A DNA stretch of 64,000 nucleotides, from positions 12,896,001 to 12,960,000 of the forward strand of contig OU015566.1 in assembly GCA_907165135.1 (NCBI GenBank), in the 5' to 3' direction. The DNA comes from Oikopleura dioica. Its lineage: Eukaryota > Animalia > Chordata. Position 1 is the first letter of the stretch; each line of letters starts with the position of its first letter. Under the pieces are notes generated by a model, which saw only the letters and a program-made list of their open reading frames with translations, did no database searches and was not told the origin of the DNA. Below, in pieces: positions 38,301-49,336 of this stretch. The translations under genes were made by a program, and so were the position numbers.

Positions 38301-41300
38301 AGAAGAACACAAACAGCATTAGGTCTTTCCCAAAAATATTGTAATATTTTATAGCAAAATATGGCGACAGAATTCCTTGATGATTTGGATGAAATACCCG
38401 CGGAGGACTTAGTATGGAAAGCATACCGTCGAAAATCTCTTCAAAAAGAAGAAGATCAAAATCATGAATTAATGATTAAGCAACAAATTTTAAGCTGTTC
38501 ATAATCATTTTTGTTTATTCAAGAAGAATCAACAAGATCATTTACAGTTTTGTCAAGTTGTCGAAAATGATTTAAGAAGGTTTTAACTTAACAGTCAATA
38601 AAATTTTTTTTAATTATCTAATAGTTACCCTTGGTATATTTTTGTCGGGAATTTTTTCTTTCCATCTTGAAGCTTTCGCAAATTTGTTCAAACGCATCAG
38701 TCAGAGATCTTTATTTTCTCAATAAAATCGCAATTTGCGAATATTTTGCGATTGTGAAGCGTAATTTCGCAATCGCAAAAACCTTTTTGATCGATTTGCG
38801 AGCGTATTGTTTTGCTAGAACCTCCGTTATCGCCAATAAGTCGCGTATTGAGATTTTTCGCGAATTTCTGTATTTTTAAAATGAGTTTTCTTTGACTGAA
38901 ATTTCTTAATTTTTTCAAAAATTTTTTTCTATTCATTAAAATTTCGCAAATAGCGACAAAATCGCAATTCGCGAAAAAATCGCAGTCGCGTCGGAATTTC
39001 AGGAGTTCTTTGCTTCACGATTGCATCGCAATCGCAATTGAATTTTGACGAAAATTTAGATCCCTGGCATCAGTAAAAGTTTCCAGTCGTGTTTCTCGGC
39101 GTTGAAGCTTATCTGTATCCGGTAAAGCTAAATAATCATAAAAAATTGGACTAACAAATTGTAAACTTAATTGAAACTCTTGTTCGAGCGTTTGCGTTCC
39201 CGTCCAACTCGAAAGATCTCTTATACGGGGTTCATATCAAGTTTTCTGAGCGCTCTTTGCAAGAACAGGGGAGCTTTTGAATACTGGACCCGATCTTAAA
39301 AGTAGACCAAATTCTCCATGTCGAATTTTTCTATTGAGATCGCGTAGAGTTGCCTCGATAAATCCCTTTGATTTTTGAGCAATCGCAATTTTGAAGCTTA
39401 AAATGAGTCATCATCTAGTTTTCGAAATAACCTACATTATAAAATGGGTGACAGGTATATTCAAATCTGGAAACAGCAAAAACTCGTTGACGTGTTCACC
39501 AATAGTTTTGTAAAAAGAACATGCTACGGAATAGTTTTTATTTTTGGGTAGAAATTTTTCACCATTAGTATTTGATTCATCAATGACAAAATTGCTTCCG
39601 AAATATGCCCGATTGTTGAAATTGTACTCTTCTAAGCTCATTTGATTGGCAGCGCACTGTGGTTGGTAGATCAAGAAGGGAAAAATTGCATAAAGCGACC
39701 GAATCTATCATGAGTTTTCACGAATTTTCACGAAAAATCCTTGACAGAACATTTCTGTCTGACGCCGACCGGTCCAAAAGGGGTTATTTTCAAACAGCGG
39801 CCGTAGGCGGCCGAGGACGGCCTTTGTCAGTGTCCCTGGAAAAAAAAAGAATAGATATCGCTTTATGCAACCTGCCCCTTCAGAGAAGCGGTTGTTCTCT
39901 GGAATGGATAATTCTCATCTTAAAAAAAGATTTTGATAGCTGTTTTTATAGGTTAACTTTTTAAAAATATCAGAAATTATTTCAAAATCATTTCCTTGTA
40001 GTCCAAATTTTAAATAAATTTCCAAAACGCTCGAACAGTACTGTCCTGACTCGAATTTTCCAAGAAATATTTTTCCTCGCTGTGAAAGTTTTTTTAATAT
40101 TTGAATATTTCCGCTATTAAAAATAATGTTAGAACTTTCTCTCTAAAGTCGTCTTCATACTTTCTCTTTCTTCATATTTAGGAAAACGTTCATTCAAATT
40201 GAAATCATTTTTAGTAAGAACGAAGTGAAAAAAATGGATCAAGAATATTTTAACAAAATTCATACTTAAATTGATATGAAGCAAGTTTTTTTCAGAAATT
40301 ATGGTTCTTGGCATTTCACCAATTTTTAATCTTGCCTAAAGCCACGAAAGATCGATTTGATAATGATCGATAATTTTTTCAAAAATATTTGAATTTGAAA
40401 GATGAAGAAAATCAATTCGCGTAGGAGCATTGTGCGCAAAATGTGTGATTCCATCGATTATGAAAGCAAAGACGATGTCGCGATTTAAAAATATAGTCGA
40501 GTAGTGTTTAGTCGAGTGAACGATCTGGCCAAATAAGATCTTCAGCAGAGATCAGTATGTTTGTTTTATAATATACCTTTTCCGACATTTCATCGAACAT
40601 TCAAAAGATCTCTTCTTCCTTTCCAATAATGATTACATCGTAAGCATCTTTGAAAAGAAAGTACAAATCCTTATTAACTTCGTACTCGGCAAGATCTTTT
40701 TTGAGAAGAATGACCTTGTGTCTTCCACCCGGGCCATTTTTGATGTCTTCTCCAAGCCAGTCTTCTCCGAGTCCGAATTTTTTGCTTTTTAGACCAGAGT
40801 ATTTTACAGATTCTACTCAACAAAGAAGAGATCTCGCTCTTATTTCATTGTGTCTTTAAAGTATTTTTACTATTCCCTTCAGAAGTTCAGCTTTACTTTC
40901 TTCACAAAAAAGAACTCTTTTACGTAATAATTCATAAATTTCTTTTCTTTAAGTAATAAGAGTGGGAGCAATTCATGGGAGATGTAGGTGGCTCAGGTTG
41001 ACTTGCTCTCGGCGTCAGTCTAGGTTAGTCTTAGCAATTCGAATTCTCGAAGCTTGCTCATCTCGGACAGAAAAAAGCGGTCCAAGATAAGATCGAGAGA
41101 CTCAAACAGGAGCGCTTGCAAAAGGAAAAAACCAAGTTGGAGGAGCACAAACAGATCGAAGAAGCTAAACTAACCACTGAAGAGAAATTGAAGCAAGGTT
41201 GTCAGAAGCTTGAAGCAATCAAGGTCGTCTCCAACAACGCTCTACTCTCATTAAACTCTGTCGGTAATGATTTGGAAACGATTCCGACCGCCCTCCTGGG

Positions 41301-44300
41301 CAAAAACGAACGCGTTGTCTTCAAGTTAGGTCAGTTCATTCTCAGTCTCATCGTCAATTTCTCTGGATATTGCCCAGTTACTCTGCTCGCTGCGTCGAAG
41401 ATTCCTTCAAATCCAGAACTCGAAAAGAACGATTTCAAAGGATGGTTCTCCTAAGATTGCACCAACAGATTCCTCTTCATCACAAAAGAAAAGCTCCAAG
41501 AGCAAAACCCAGGGCACCTGTTCGTTCTTATGGCTCACTGCATGGCGCATTTGACCAACGATCTGAATCCCCAGTTCCGAAACGAGTTCTACCGGCTCCT
41601 CGCAAAGATATCGACTCACATCTTCCAAATTCAAACTGCACCTGAAATGCAACTGCCACTTGATTCTCTGGAAAGTCAAAAGAAAATGTTGAGTACACGC
41701 CTGCAGAAATCAAAGCCATTTTAGAGCGAAAAGAAAACTTGATCTGAGCCGAGGTGAGCTTGACAGTGATCTTGAGACACTTCCAGTCGCCAGTGGCCTT
41801 GCAGATGTCGTTACCAATCTTCTTGTGGGAGAGACCGAGGGGGCACGGACTTCGCAAACAACAACTCGGAGGTAGACCTCGACGATGGGAGCGGTGGGAT
41901 CGAACTTAGGCAGATATTTCCACTCTTGTCAACAAACGAAGCTTCAAATTCACTCAAGCTTGTCAGGCTCCTAGAGACGGACAATGCAATTAAATTTTTC
42001 GTATGAAAAATTGAAAAAAACTACCTAATCTACCTATAATTTTTAATAAAAAACTCATTTTCTTTATGAAATATTCTTAATAACATTTAAATATCCTTAT
42101 TCATCAAAAAAAACAACTTAAAAGCTCCAAAAATATGCAATTTTATGAAAAATCGCATAAAATAGTAAAGAGAAAAGAATGTGAGTCTGGCTAGCTTGGC
42201 CATGCAGCGCGCGCGCCCCCGTGCGGCCGCCTCCAAAATGACGCAACGCCGCTCAGAATTCACCTCGGAAAACTTTAAAAATTCATATTTTCAAAACGCG
42301 AGGTGCGTCAGTGAATTTTTTTACAGATTTGGGTTTCTCAGCCCAATATCTATTAGGAAAAAATAAAAAATCATTAACGACAAAACAGTTCTCGTACTGA
42401 TCCGAAAAATGAGGTTTTTGAAGGCCATTTTTACGAAACTGACTGATTTTTATGAAATGATTTTGACAGCATTGAAATCCTCGTCAAAAGTTCTACTAGA
42501 TCATCCATCTAAAAATTGATTTTGACCCTTTTTTCGGGTACCTAGAAATTTAAGCGATATCCCTACCTATAACCACAGATGGGCGCGTTGCAGTCTACTT
42601 TATGCGTATAAGTAGCCGAGGCTATTGAAAAATTCTCGCGGAAATATGGCGAGAATCGATACGATCGAAATTTAAGGAGTGGCGATTTGAATTTGCCCTT
42701 GTTCTCAAGTGGTTTCATGTCTTTTGCGAGATACGTTTTCGGCAGAATATCCCGTTCGGTTGCAATCGGCATTTTGTCATTTTCTGTTATTTCTTCGACG
42801 AGTTTTATATGTGCAATTTTATGTCGGTGTGTGCAAAGAGATTTGATTTTTTCTTCGAAAGTGCTTCGTGTAACGAGTGAATATGGATCTGGCGGGGTTG
42901 TGACGCGCGCTGGCATTTCTGGCAATGGCTCGAACTCGTAATCATCGTCGGGTGGTACTGGGCTACTTCTAGTTGCGAGAAGGGGTTCTCCGTTTCCCTC
43001 GCCTCCGTGGATGAGCTGTGTTTGTTGTTGAACAACTACGAATAAAAGATAGTGTAAATCCTTCAAAACAACTTACTTTGTTGATCAATCTTCTCTTGAG
43101 TTGAATCCGCGAGTTTTTTTAGCTTACGCTCCAGCTCAGCTTTTTGCTCATTCAGCTTAGCCCGCATAATTATCTTCCTATTTTCATCCGCGTCAGCATC
43201 ATCAAGTCCATACTGCTCCTGCAAATTGCTAATTTCTACTCGCCGCTCTAAAATGTCCGTCTTCGCTGTTTCAATGTCTATCACCATATTGTTCACAATA
43301 TCCTTTATCGAGCGCTGATATTCTGTATTTTCTCGCAAGTAGCGTTCATATGACGCAACTTTGACCATCAGTACTTCTAGTGATTCTTTGACTTGTTTCT
43401 TCTCTTCTATCTTTTTTGATCGCAATTCTTTGAAGCTCTTGATTGACTGTCTGTCTCGCACGATTTTCGCATGATGATGTCTTATCGATTGCTTGAGCTT
43501 ATCAATTTGCTGTCTTGCTTGCTCCTCGTTCTCGACTTCATCATCTGTCGATTCTATGTCTTCTGATGATGAGTAATTATCAACCACAACAGGAGGATGT
43601 AAGGGAAGAACATCGTTAGCCTGCAAAGAATCATTGATGCTTAGATCTGGAAGAACAGGAGCTTGTTCTGTGAAACTCGTCTCAAGAATTGAACTGTTCA
43701 TTGTCTCTTCATTTTGCAATCCGCCATCTCTAGAATCCATGGTGTAATCAGCTAGTGTTGAGCCTTGTGTTGCGTCTTGTGAGTTGAAAGTTCTGTCCAT
43801 CACAGCTTGGTCCGTGTGATACTCATCGTCTCTAGTTGTTGTCATCGGCACTTCAAAAACAGGACTTTCCCCTGCCTCTCGATTTTGATCTGTTGTTGGT
43901 CTTGGCTCTATTTCCACGGTCATTGCGGATGATTCAGGCACTTCAGTCGCTGGAGGAGCGGATAAAGTCGGAGAGATCTCGTCCATAATCGTGAAGGAGC
44001 CATTGATTCCAGCTTGATCAGCTGATTCCGAGCGCGGGCGCGCAACGACATCGACGTAGATTGGGTGTTCGAAGCTAGTGGATCTATGGCGGCCTTCGGC
44101 GTAGGAGCTCAAATTTGTATCTGGAGGTAGTTTATTTGGATTGGCATGAATTTTAATCCCACGTCTTGCCATGACTTGCTTGAGGAGTTGATTTCGTAGC
44201 TCGGCTTCTGATTCTGAAGGCTGTCTTTTCGCGCTCCTCGATTCGTTCGCACTCGAATTGTCCGGCGGCCTCACTGTTCTTTTATAACCTGGATCGTCAC

Positions 44301-45614
44301 CGGAGTCAATTTCCATCGGGATGATTTGAATGTCGTCGAATTCTCCCGGGCCAACTTGAATAGCCACGTCTCTCGAAGCTTGAATCCACTGAACCGCTGA
44401 ACTATTAGAACTCTCTGTCGAGCAAGTACGCTGAATGGATTTCCACTTGTCTTCATTTTCTTTGAAATGCCAAATTTTGGGTTTCATTCTTTCTCGATAT
44501 TTCGCCGTGAAAAGGGGTTCGACTATTTTTATTTTCGGATTTTTGCCGATTCTCGGTACTCGTCGAGGCATGAGCGGACTTTTAGAGTTCTTCAGAGAGG
44601 GATGATAGTTTTTCTTCCAATAAGGAAAGTCCCTTGGATCTCTGGAATTCCCGTCTTTCCGTTCTTTCTTCTCGTATTCGTATGAGTAGACTTTGACGGG
44701 GCGAGAGGCACGACTTTTATTTTCGCTGTGGAGAGCGCGTCTCCTAAGCTCAAGAAGCATCTTATCATCGTCTTCTTCTTCGCTTTCTTCTCGTTGCGGT
44801 GACGAAACATCGATGATTTCGCAGGAGGGATCATTATGAGGCGCTGTAATATCATCCTTCGACGTTTCTTCTTGGATCTTGGCGATTTTCTTATTGACTT
44901 CGTTGTACTCTTCCAAGAGCGAGGAATAATCTTGTCCACGAGTTCGAGGGACGGGAGGATTATCTTTTGGCGTAACTGTCACCGATCTGCACCAATCTGG
45001 AGACGTAAATGGATTCGCCTTCTTTGCGTTTTTCTTCTTGTTGTTTTTTCTTCCTCGCTTATTTTTGGGCCTGTTCAAGAGGTGAACTTTCCTACTGGCT
45101 TCACTTCCTTTCTGCCCGAAGAGATCCAGAGAGTTCGGATCTTCATCTGACTCGAGAAGCTCTCCGTCTTCGAGGTCGATTAGTTGCTGGTGTGCTGCCC
45201 ATCCTGTTACTTCTGCTGATGTTATCTGAAAAGATCGCTTGAAGCAAGGACTTGTGAATTCACTCGCAATACCTTTTTGGGCTTAGACTTATTCTTAATT
45301 GCTAGCGCCAACTCATCCGCAACACAACTAGGGACCAGATCTTCTTGAGGAATGACGTCAGTGATCGTCAAGTCTGGCGATGGCGACTCCATCGGCGTAT
45401 CCACATCGATTAAATCGACAATTGGTATATCATCGTCTGGATCGGAGAGAAGAATCGGGGAGGGGTTTCTGCTCTCCTCATTATTATGATGATCTGGGGA
45501 ATTGTTTTGAGATACGTCAAGTATTATCAACGAGTTATTGGACTCGTCTCGAATTGGGGTTTTGTCAGACTCTGAACCAGGGTCAGAACCAATTTCGATC
45601 ACCTCCGCAGACAT
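32378..45614 (-). CDS. ZFC3H1: ZFC3H1/Red1-like zinc-finger protein (PAXT nuclear exosome adaptor), interrupted by a 7.6-kb element in an intron
   Basis: N-terminal LEDGE motif and ORF 43063-45078; [17 protein letters not shown]...PICGY|[15 protein letters not shown]...FLDLLAY...MAQKCVLLV matching the ZFC3H1 segment YKSPLLVFKSYRFSPYY...FCRFDLTGTCNDDDCQWQH...FQDILSY...MDQMAVLLV; helical C-terminal ORFs 33377-34510 and 32676-33344. Confidence 0.85.
35729..36203 (+). CDS. Small putative type II membrane protein (~80 aa) inside the Pack element
   Basis: Proposed exons give [11 protein letters not shown]|[22 protein letters not shown]|[46 protein letters not shown]. Intron phases are consistent, but the first acceptor is atypical. 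Confidence 0.4.
35760..35890. repeat. 131-bp foldback with a perfect 23-bp inverted repeat (MITE-like) occupying most of a putative intron
   Basis: aaggtttgaacttttaagcccaa (35760-35782) / ttgggcttaaaagttcaaacctt (35868-35890). Confidence 0.8.
36328..37500 (+). pseudogene. PPM1D: PPM1D/Wip1 (PP2C-delta) pseudogene carried inside the Pack element, introns retained
   Basis: [21 protein letters not shown]...[85 protein letters not shown]. It lacks DGHGG, has TAG at 36610-36612 in place of a Trp, a broken SDG and frameshifts. Confidence 0.9.
37740..38111. mobile_element. Nested inverted-repeat element (MITE-like), ~370 bp
   Basis: actgaattgtgccaccctgcgccgc / gcggcgcagggcggcgaaattcagt form a ~25-bp inverted repeat with ~3 mismatches. 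No TSD seen. Confidence 0.55.
38620..39674 (-). pseudogene. Degraded multi-exon coding remnant of unknown identity inside the Pack element, interrupted by a MITE
   Basis: Removing 38702-39074 restores [41 protein letters not shown]. Further exon-like frames ([29 protein letters not shown]..., ORF 39432-39674) contain stops. Confidence 0.45.
38702..39066. mobile_element. hAT-type MITE, 365 bp, nested in the Pack element
   Basis: Ends cagagatct.../...agatccctg form a ~17-bp TIR with 3 mismatches. Perfect 8-bp TSD gcatcagt at 38694-38701 and 39067-39074. Many internal atcgcaa repeats. Confidence 0.88.
40509..40813 (-). pseudogene. PLOD: Fragment of the procollagen lysyl hydroxylase (PLOD) N-terminal glycosyltransferase domain inside the Pack element
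   Basis: [32 protein letters not shown]...[15 protein letters not shown]...EIF*MF...|[16 protein letters not shown] aligns to PLOD LGLGEEWRGGDV....GGGQKVRWLKKE....MFVDSYDVI.AG....LLFSAESFCWP. In-frame stops are present. Confidence 0.8.
41110..41724 (+). pseudogene. Frame-disrupted coding fragment (coiled coil plus helical segment) of unidentified origin inside the Pack element
   Basis: Overlapping ORFs [20 protein letters not shown]...[10 protein letters not shown] and [29 protein letters not shown] are in different frames. Confidence 0.4.
41738..41912 (-). pseudogene. RPL12: Fragment of 60S ribosomal protein L12 (uL11) inside the Pack element
   Basis: [21 protein letters not shown], then after a frameshifting deletion [30 protein letters not shown]. 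Compare RPL12 PPKFDPNEIKVVYLR...[30 protein letters not shown]. Confidence 0.88.
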
Positions 45615-45901
45615 GTTTCACATGTATCTTAATAGGAAAACGTCAAATGGAACGTGTATTATATATTTTTTCTATCTTTGGTCATTTTTTCATTTTCAGT
45701 GTTTTGAAAAAGATCAACAAGCGGAATGAACTGATGATGATGTTGTTGGCGGAACAAAACAGTAGCTCGCTTCGCTACTGATTGAGAGCTAGATATAGAC
45801 AGAGATTTGACAGGATTGGAGTTTTGATTCCTACTTTGAGAGGAATGCTTTTTCTGGACAAGATTCATTTTCACGCAGACAGTTTTCGCCTATTCTTTCT
45901 G

Positions 45902-47705
45902 CTACTCCTTTGGGCGGGGAGAAAAGTATGACTTGATGCTTCGATTTGGCGTGCCAGTTGGCGTGTTCGTTTTGAGAATATTGGAACGAGATGATTTTAT
46001 TAAAATCTTTTTAGCAGCGGGCTTCGGCGTTGATTGATCCTCGACGAACTTGCGTTTGACCGGAGTCGTCCGGAAATTGTTCCAGATCCTGAATAAATCA
46101 TCGAATCAATCAGGGAGATTTAATTTGTGTTTACTTTGAGGGGCCTGTAGACATTGTTTTGAATTTTCTGTTCATCTCGCTTAATGTATCTTCCGTTGAT
46201 TCACTGTTGGGCGGTTTGGCACTATTTTTGTAGGAAATCGTCAAGTTCTCTGAAGAAAATGAATGATAGGCAAGTTTTTTCTGATGAAAATTTACCTTCA
46301 ACCAGTTCGGCTTTGACCACTTCATTTTTGTAGCGATTGTGTCTTTTCTCAACAATGTCATTGTGGAATACAGAGACTATACAGTCATCAGCAGCTAGGG
46401 CGAATCGACCTTTTCGAGACCAAGCGACGAACATCACTGGATCTATGTCCTTTCCGACTTTTATTCCTACAAGAATTTTAAATTGGAATTCAGTAAGAAT
46501 ACTAAACCTTTTACAGTACGCTCGAGTGGATAAGAACGAGGATATTCACTGACAGGTTCGTCTAGTGGATAAATACGCGGGCAACCATCGGTACTGCCTG
46601 ATAGAAGGTATTTGCCGCACGGGGAGACGGCTATTTTCACATGATTATTTCCAGTGCCGTTCAATTCGTGGCCTTGGAAAGCGCGGCGGGGACCGTCTGG
46701 CATATCGCGCTGGAATTCGTAAATACTTCCATCCAGACAAGAAGCGAAAACTAGAAGAATGTGGTGTATTTTTGGGCAATTTTGAAGGGCTTACTTGAGG
46801 TAGACGAAGCAGTGAGCGAGGTGAACGGACGAGCAGTTCCAGTCGGCCCTTTAGGACTCTTTAAACAGAGTCTATTGTCAGTATGCCGGCAGAGTTTGCG
46901 CGTATCCCAGAGTTTTATACACTTGTCGGACATTCCACAAGTGTAGAGCTCATATTCGGAGGTATAAATGGCGCTTGAGATGGTCTTGTTTTTGCACGCG
47001 TCGGGTGTGATTTGGGACTTTTTCTTCTTCTCGCTGGGAAAGTCGAAGTGAGCGAAATCGATGTGGCGGCAGGGAAGAATGCGCTGGGTGGCGTTGACTT
47101 TGCGTTTCTCACGAGTGTCGTAAATTGACAGATCACAGTCTCTCCCACCGGCGGCAAAGACTTGAATAGGGATTAATGATTAGCGAAAGAAATAAGGGAG
47201 TCATTACCATGAGGATCAGTAGGCGAAGGAGCGAGGCATTTTACAGAGCCAGAGCCGAGGGGAGACTGAAAAGAGGAAACCAGCTGTTTCCCCTTCCAAT
47301 AACTAATCGAGTGATCAGCGGACGAGATGAGAATTCCAGAGCCATCACAGGTCCACTTGGCGTCGGAAATTGCTGATCTGTGTGGCCGCCATTGATGGAG
47401 GAGAACTCCGCGCTCGTTGTTGTCGACGATATCTGTGTTGATGATCCCGACAGTGCCTAGAGAGTTTCAGTTGAAATCAACAAAGAGAACGGACTCGTCT
47501 CACCTTTGTCATCTGCGACGAGAAGGACATCTTGCGGCGCTGTGGGATGAAAGGCCAGACCAGCTGGAAGCGCCTCTGCGTCTATTCTCACGCAATCGGC
47601 ATGATAAGAACGGTACTCTTGCAGAAACCGATTTCGACCGTAAATTTCCAAGCGCGCTTGTCTGATCCCAGAGTTACGATCTCGAAGCAAACCTGGCAAG
47701 CTCAT
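45902..47705 (-). CDS. DTL: Denticleless/Cdt2 (CRL4 WD40 substrate receptor)
   Basis: VLLVADDKG, VFAAGGRDCDLSIYDTR, SDKCIKLWDTRK, FASCLDGSIYEF, AFQGHE...HVKIAVSPCGKYLLSGSTDG, FALAADDCIVSVF follow the DTL WD40 order. The C-terminus NRSIKSYFSPRPKE* resembles the Cdt2 PIP box. Confidence 0.82.
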
Positions 47706-49336
47706 TATTCTTATTCTGATGCTTTGGTCATTCTAAAATTGAGGAGGGAGTGACTTGTCTTTTGGAGGTTTTTTTTGTTCTTTTTGAACTTTTTTTGGAA
47801 TTTTATTTAGAAGTTTAAAGGGCAGTGTGTAAATGTACAGGCATACTCTTGTGAAAGTAATTCTAGTCCTTGTCTGTTTGGTTAACGGAAAGAATAAATT
47901 ACGAATAGTGTAAGTTCAGTTTAAATGAAGCTCCATTCTTAATTTTTAGTTTTTAGGGGACCTCTTTTTGTGAAGAACATTCAGTAAGGAGAAAACATGA
48001 ATAACAGTCAATCTTAATTTGGTCTTTCTTATCTTTTTATTTTAAAAATTCTAGGGTGATGGGCGATTTTGTATGGCAGTTTTCCAAGCGCCACATCAGG
48101 CCCATTTTGAACACGAAAACTTAACTTAAATCTTACAAATGAAAGTAACATTGAATAAAATGTGGTGAGATGGAGCCTCATTTGAAAAAATTTGGTGCTC
48201 GCTAAATTGAGGATTAATCAATTAAATTTTTTATCTTTTTTATTTACATTTTTCAGGAGTTTTTGAATCTATTTTTTTGGTGGGCTAATAATAATAAAGC
48301 GGTCGTGGATTTTCATTGTCAAAATGAAAAGAAAAAGAGTGAGAATGGAGAAAATAGGGAGTATTGCGAAAATAGTTTATTTGTACATTTATAAAAAGAA
48401 ATTGAGAGAAAGAGAAAGGATCAGCTTGGCAGATCAGTTTTTCCTATTTTACATATCAAGCGAAATTCAATCGAGTAAGCCAGCTCGGGCTTGATTGTTA
48501 TTTACAGTTAGAGTTATTTCGACTTGCCAAGCTTGAATTTTAACTTTTACAATTGGAAATATTTTCAAAGTTTGAAATCGTGTGAGTACTTCGTGGTGCT
48601 ATTATTATTTTAAGGTATTAAATGGTTGAACTTGGATCATTTGAGATTGAGAAATAAATAGTTTTTTTTTTTGTTTGATTTTTTCAAATAGACAGATTCC
48701 CAGTCAATGCAAGGTTGTCCTGGAAGCACAATTTCTGGATGAAGTCGTTTGCGTTGGGAGGGATTCAACGTTAGTTTTTAACTTTTGTGGGCTCTGTAAC
48801 TTACAAAAACAGCTTCATGGCAATTAATAAAAATAAAAAATGCGCGATTAAATATGGATTGCGAAACAATTTCAAGAGAAAAATCAAGTGAAAGAAAGCT
48901 GACTGTCATTCCATCAAAGAAAAAGGATTAAAAATGGGATGACAGTTAGTTGAGTTTCTGAAAAAGTTTCTTGTTTTTAGGGTTTTGAGAATTTTTTTGT
49001 TATGATGACATTTTTATATTTTTTTGGGCCATCGAATTTCGTTAGTGGTGGTAGTTTCGATGCGTTTTGGGGGTTTTGAGATTTTTTTGGGCATTTTTTT
49101 GAAAGAAAAATATTGAGTAGAGAAATTGAGTAAAGTGGTAAGGCAAATAAAAATATATAGAGCATTTCTATCGTTCTACGCTCCTGGTTATCGGTGTAAT
49201 TACGATTTGATTGAGCGTAGAATAATAAAAGCCGTGGAGAATAAATATGTACAGGTACGATCACGTTTTTGAAATAAATAAGCGTTGCTCGTTAATATTA
49301 ATCATAGTCTAGAGTGGGAGTACTTTTTTCAGCAGC

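Larger units (their letters stand above)
34930..42565. mobile_element. Non-autonomous, gene-fragment-carrying (Pack-type) hAT-like DNA transposon, 7,636 bp
   Basis: 140-bp TIRs (34930-35069 and 42426-42565) begin TAGGGATATCG and appear identical by eye. Perfect 8-bp TSD cctataac at 34922-34929 and 42566-42573. A further subterminal inverted block lies at ~35161-35193 / ~42301-42333. The interior holds host gene fragments and no recognisable transposase. Confidence 0.93.

Noticed and set aside
38361-38504. 47-aa [28 protein letters not shown]... inside the element
   Set aside because: It is too short and unassignable. It may be another cargo piece but is unsupported.
34930-42565. Autonomous transposon or transposase gene inside the TIR element
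   Set aside because: No long ORF, BED finger or hAT dimerisation motif was recognised. A highly decayed remnant cannot be excluded without an HMM search.
32676-45614. Treating ORFs 43063-45078 and 32676-34920 as two separate genes
   Set aside because: The zinc finger and flanking motifs are continuous across the insertion once the element is removed.
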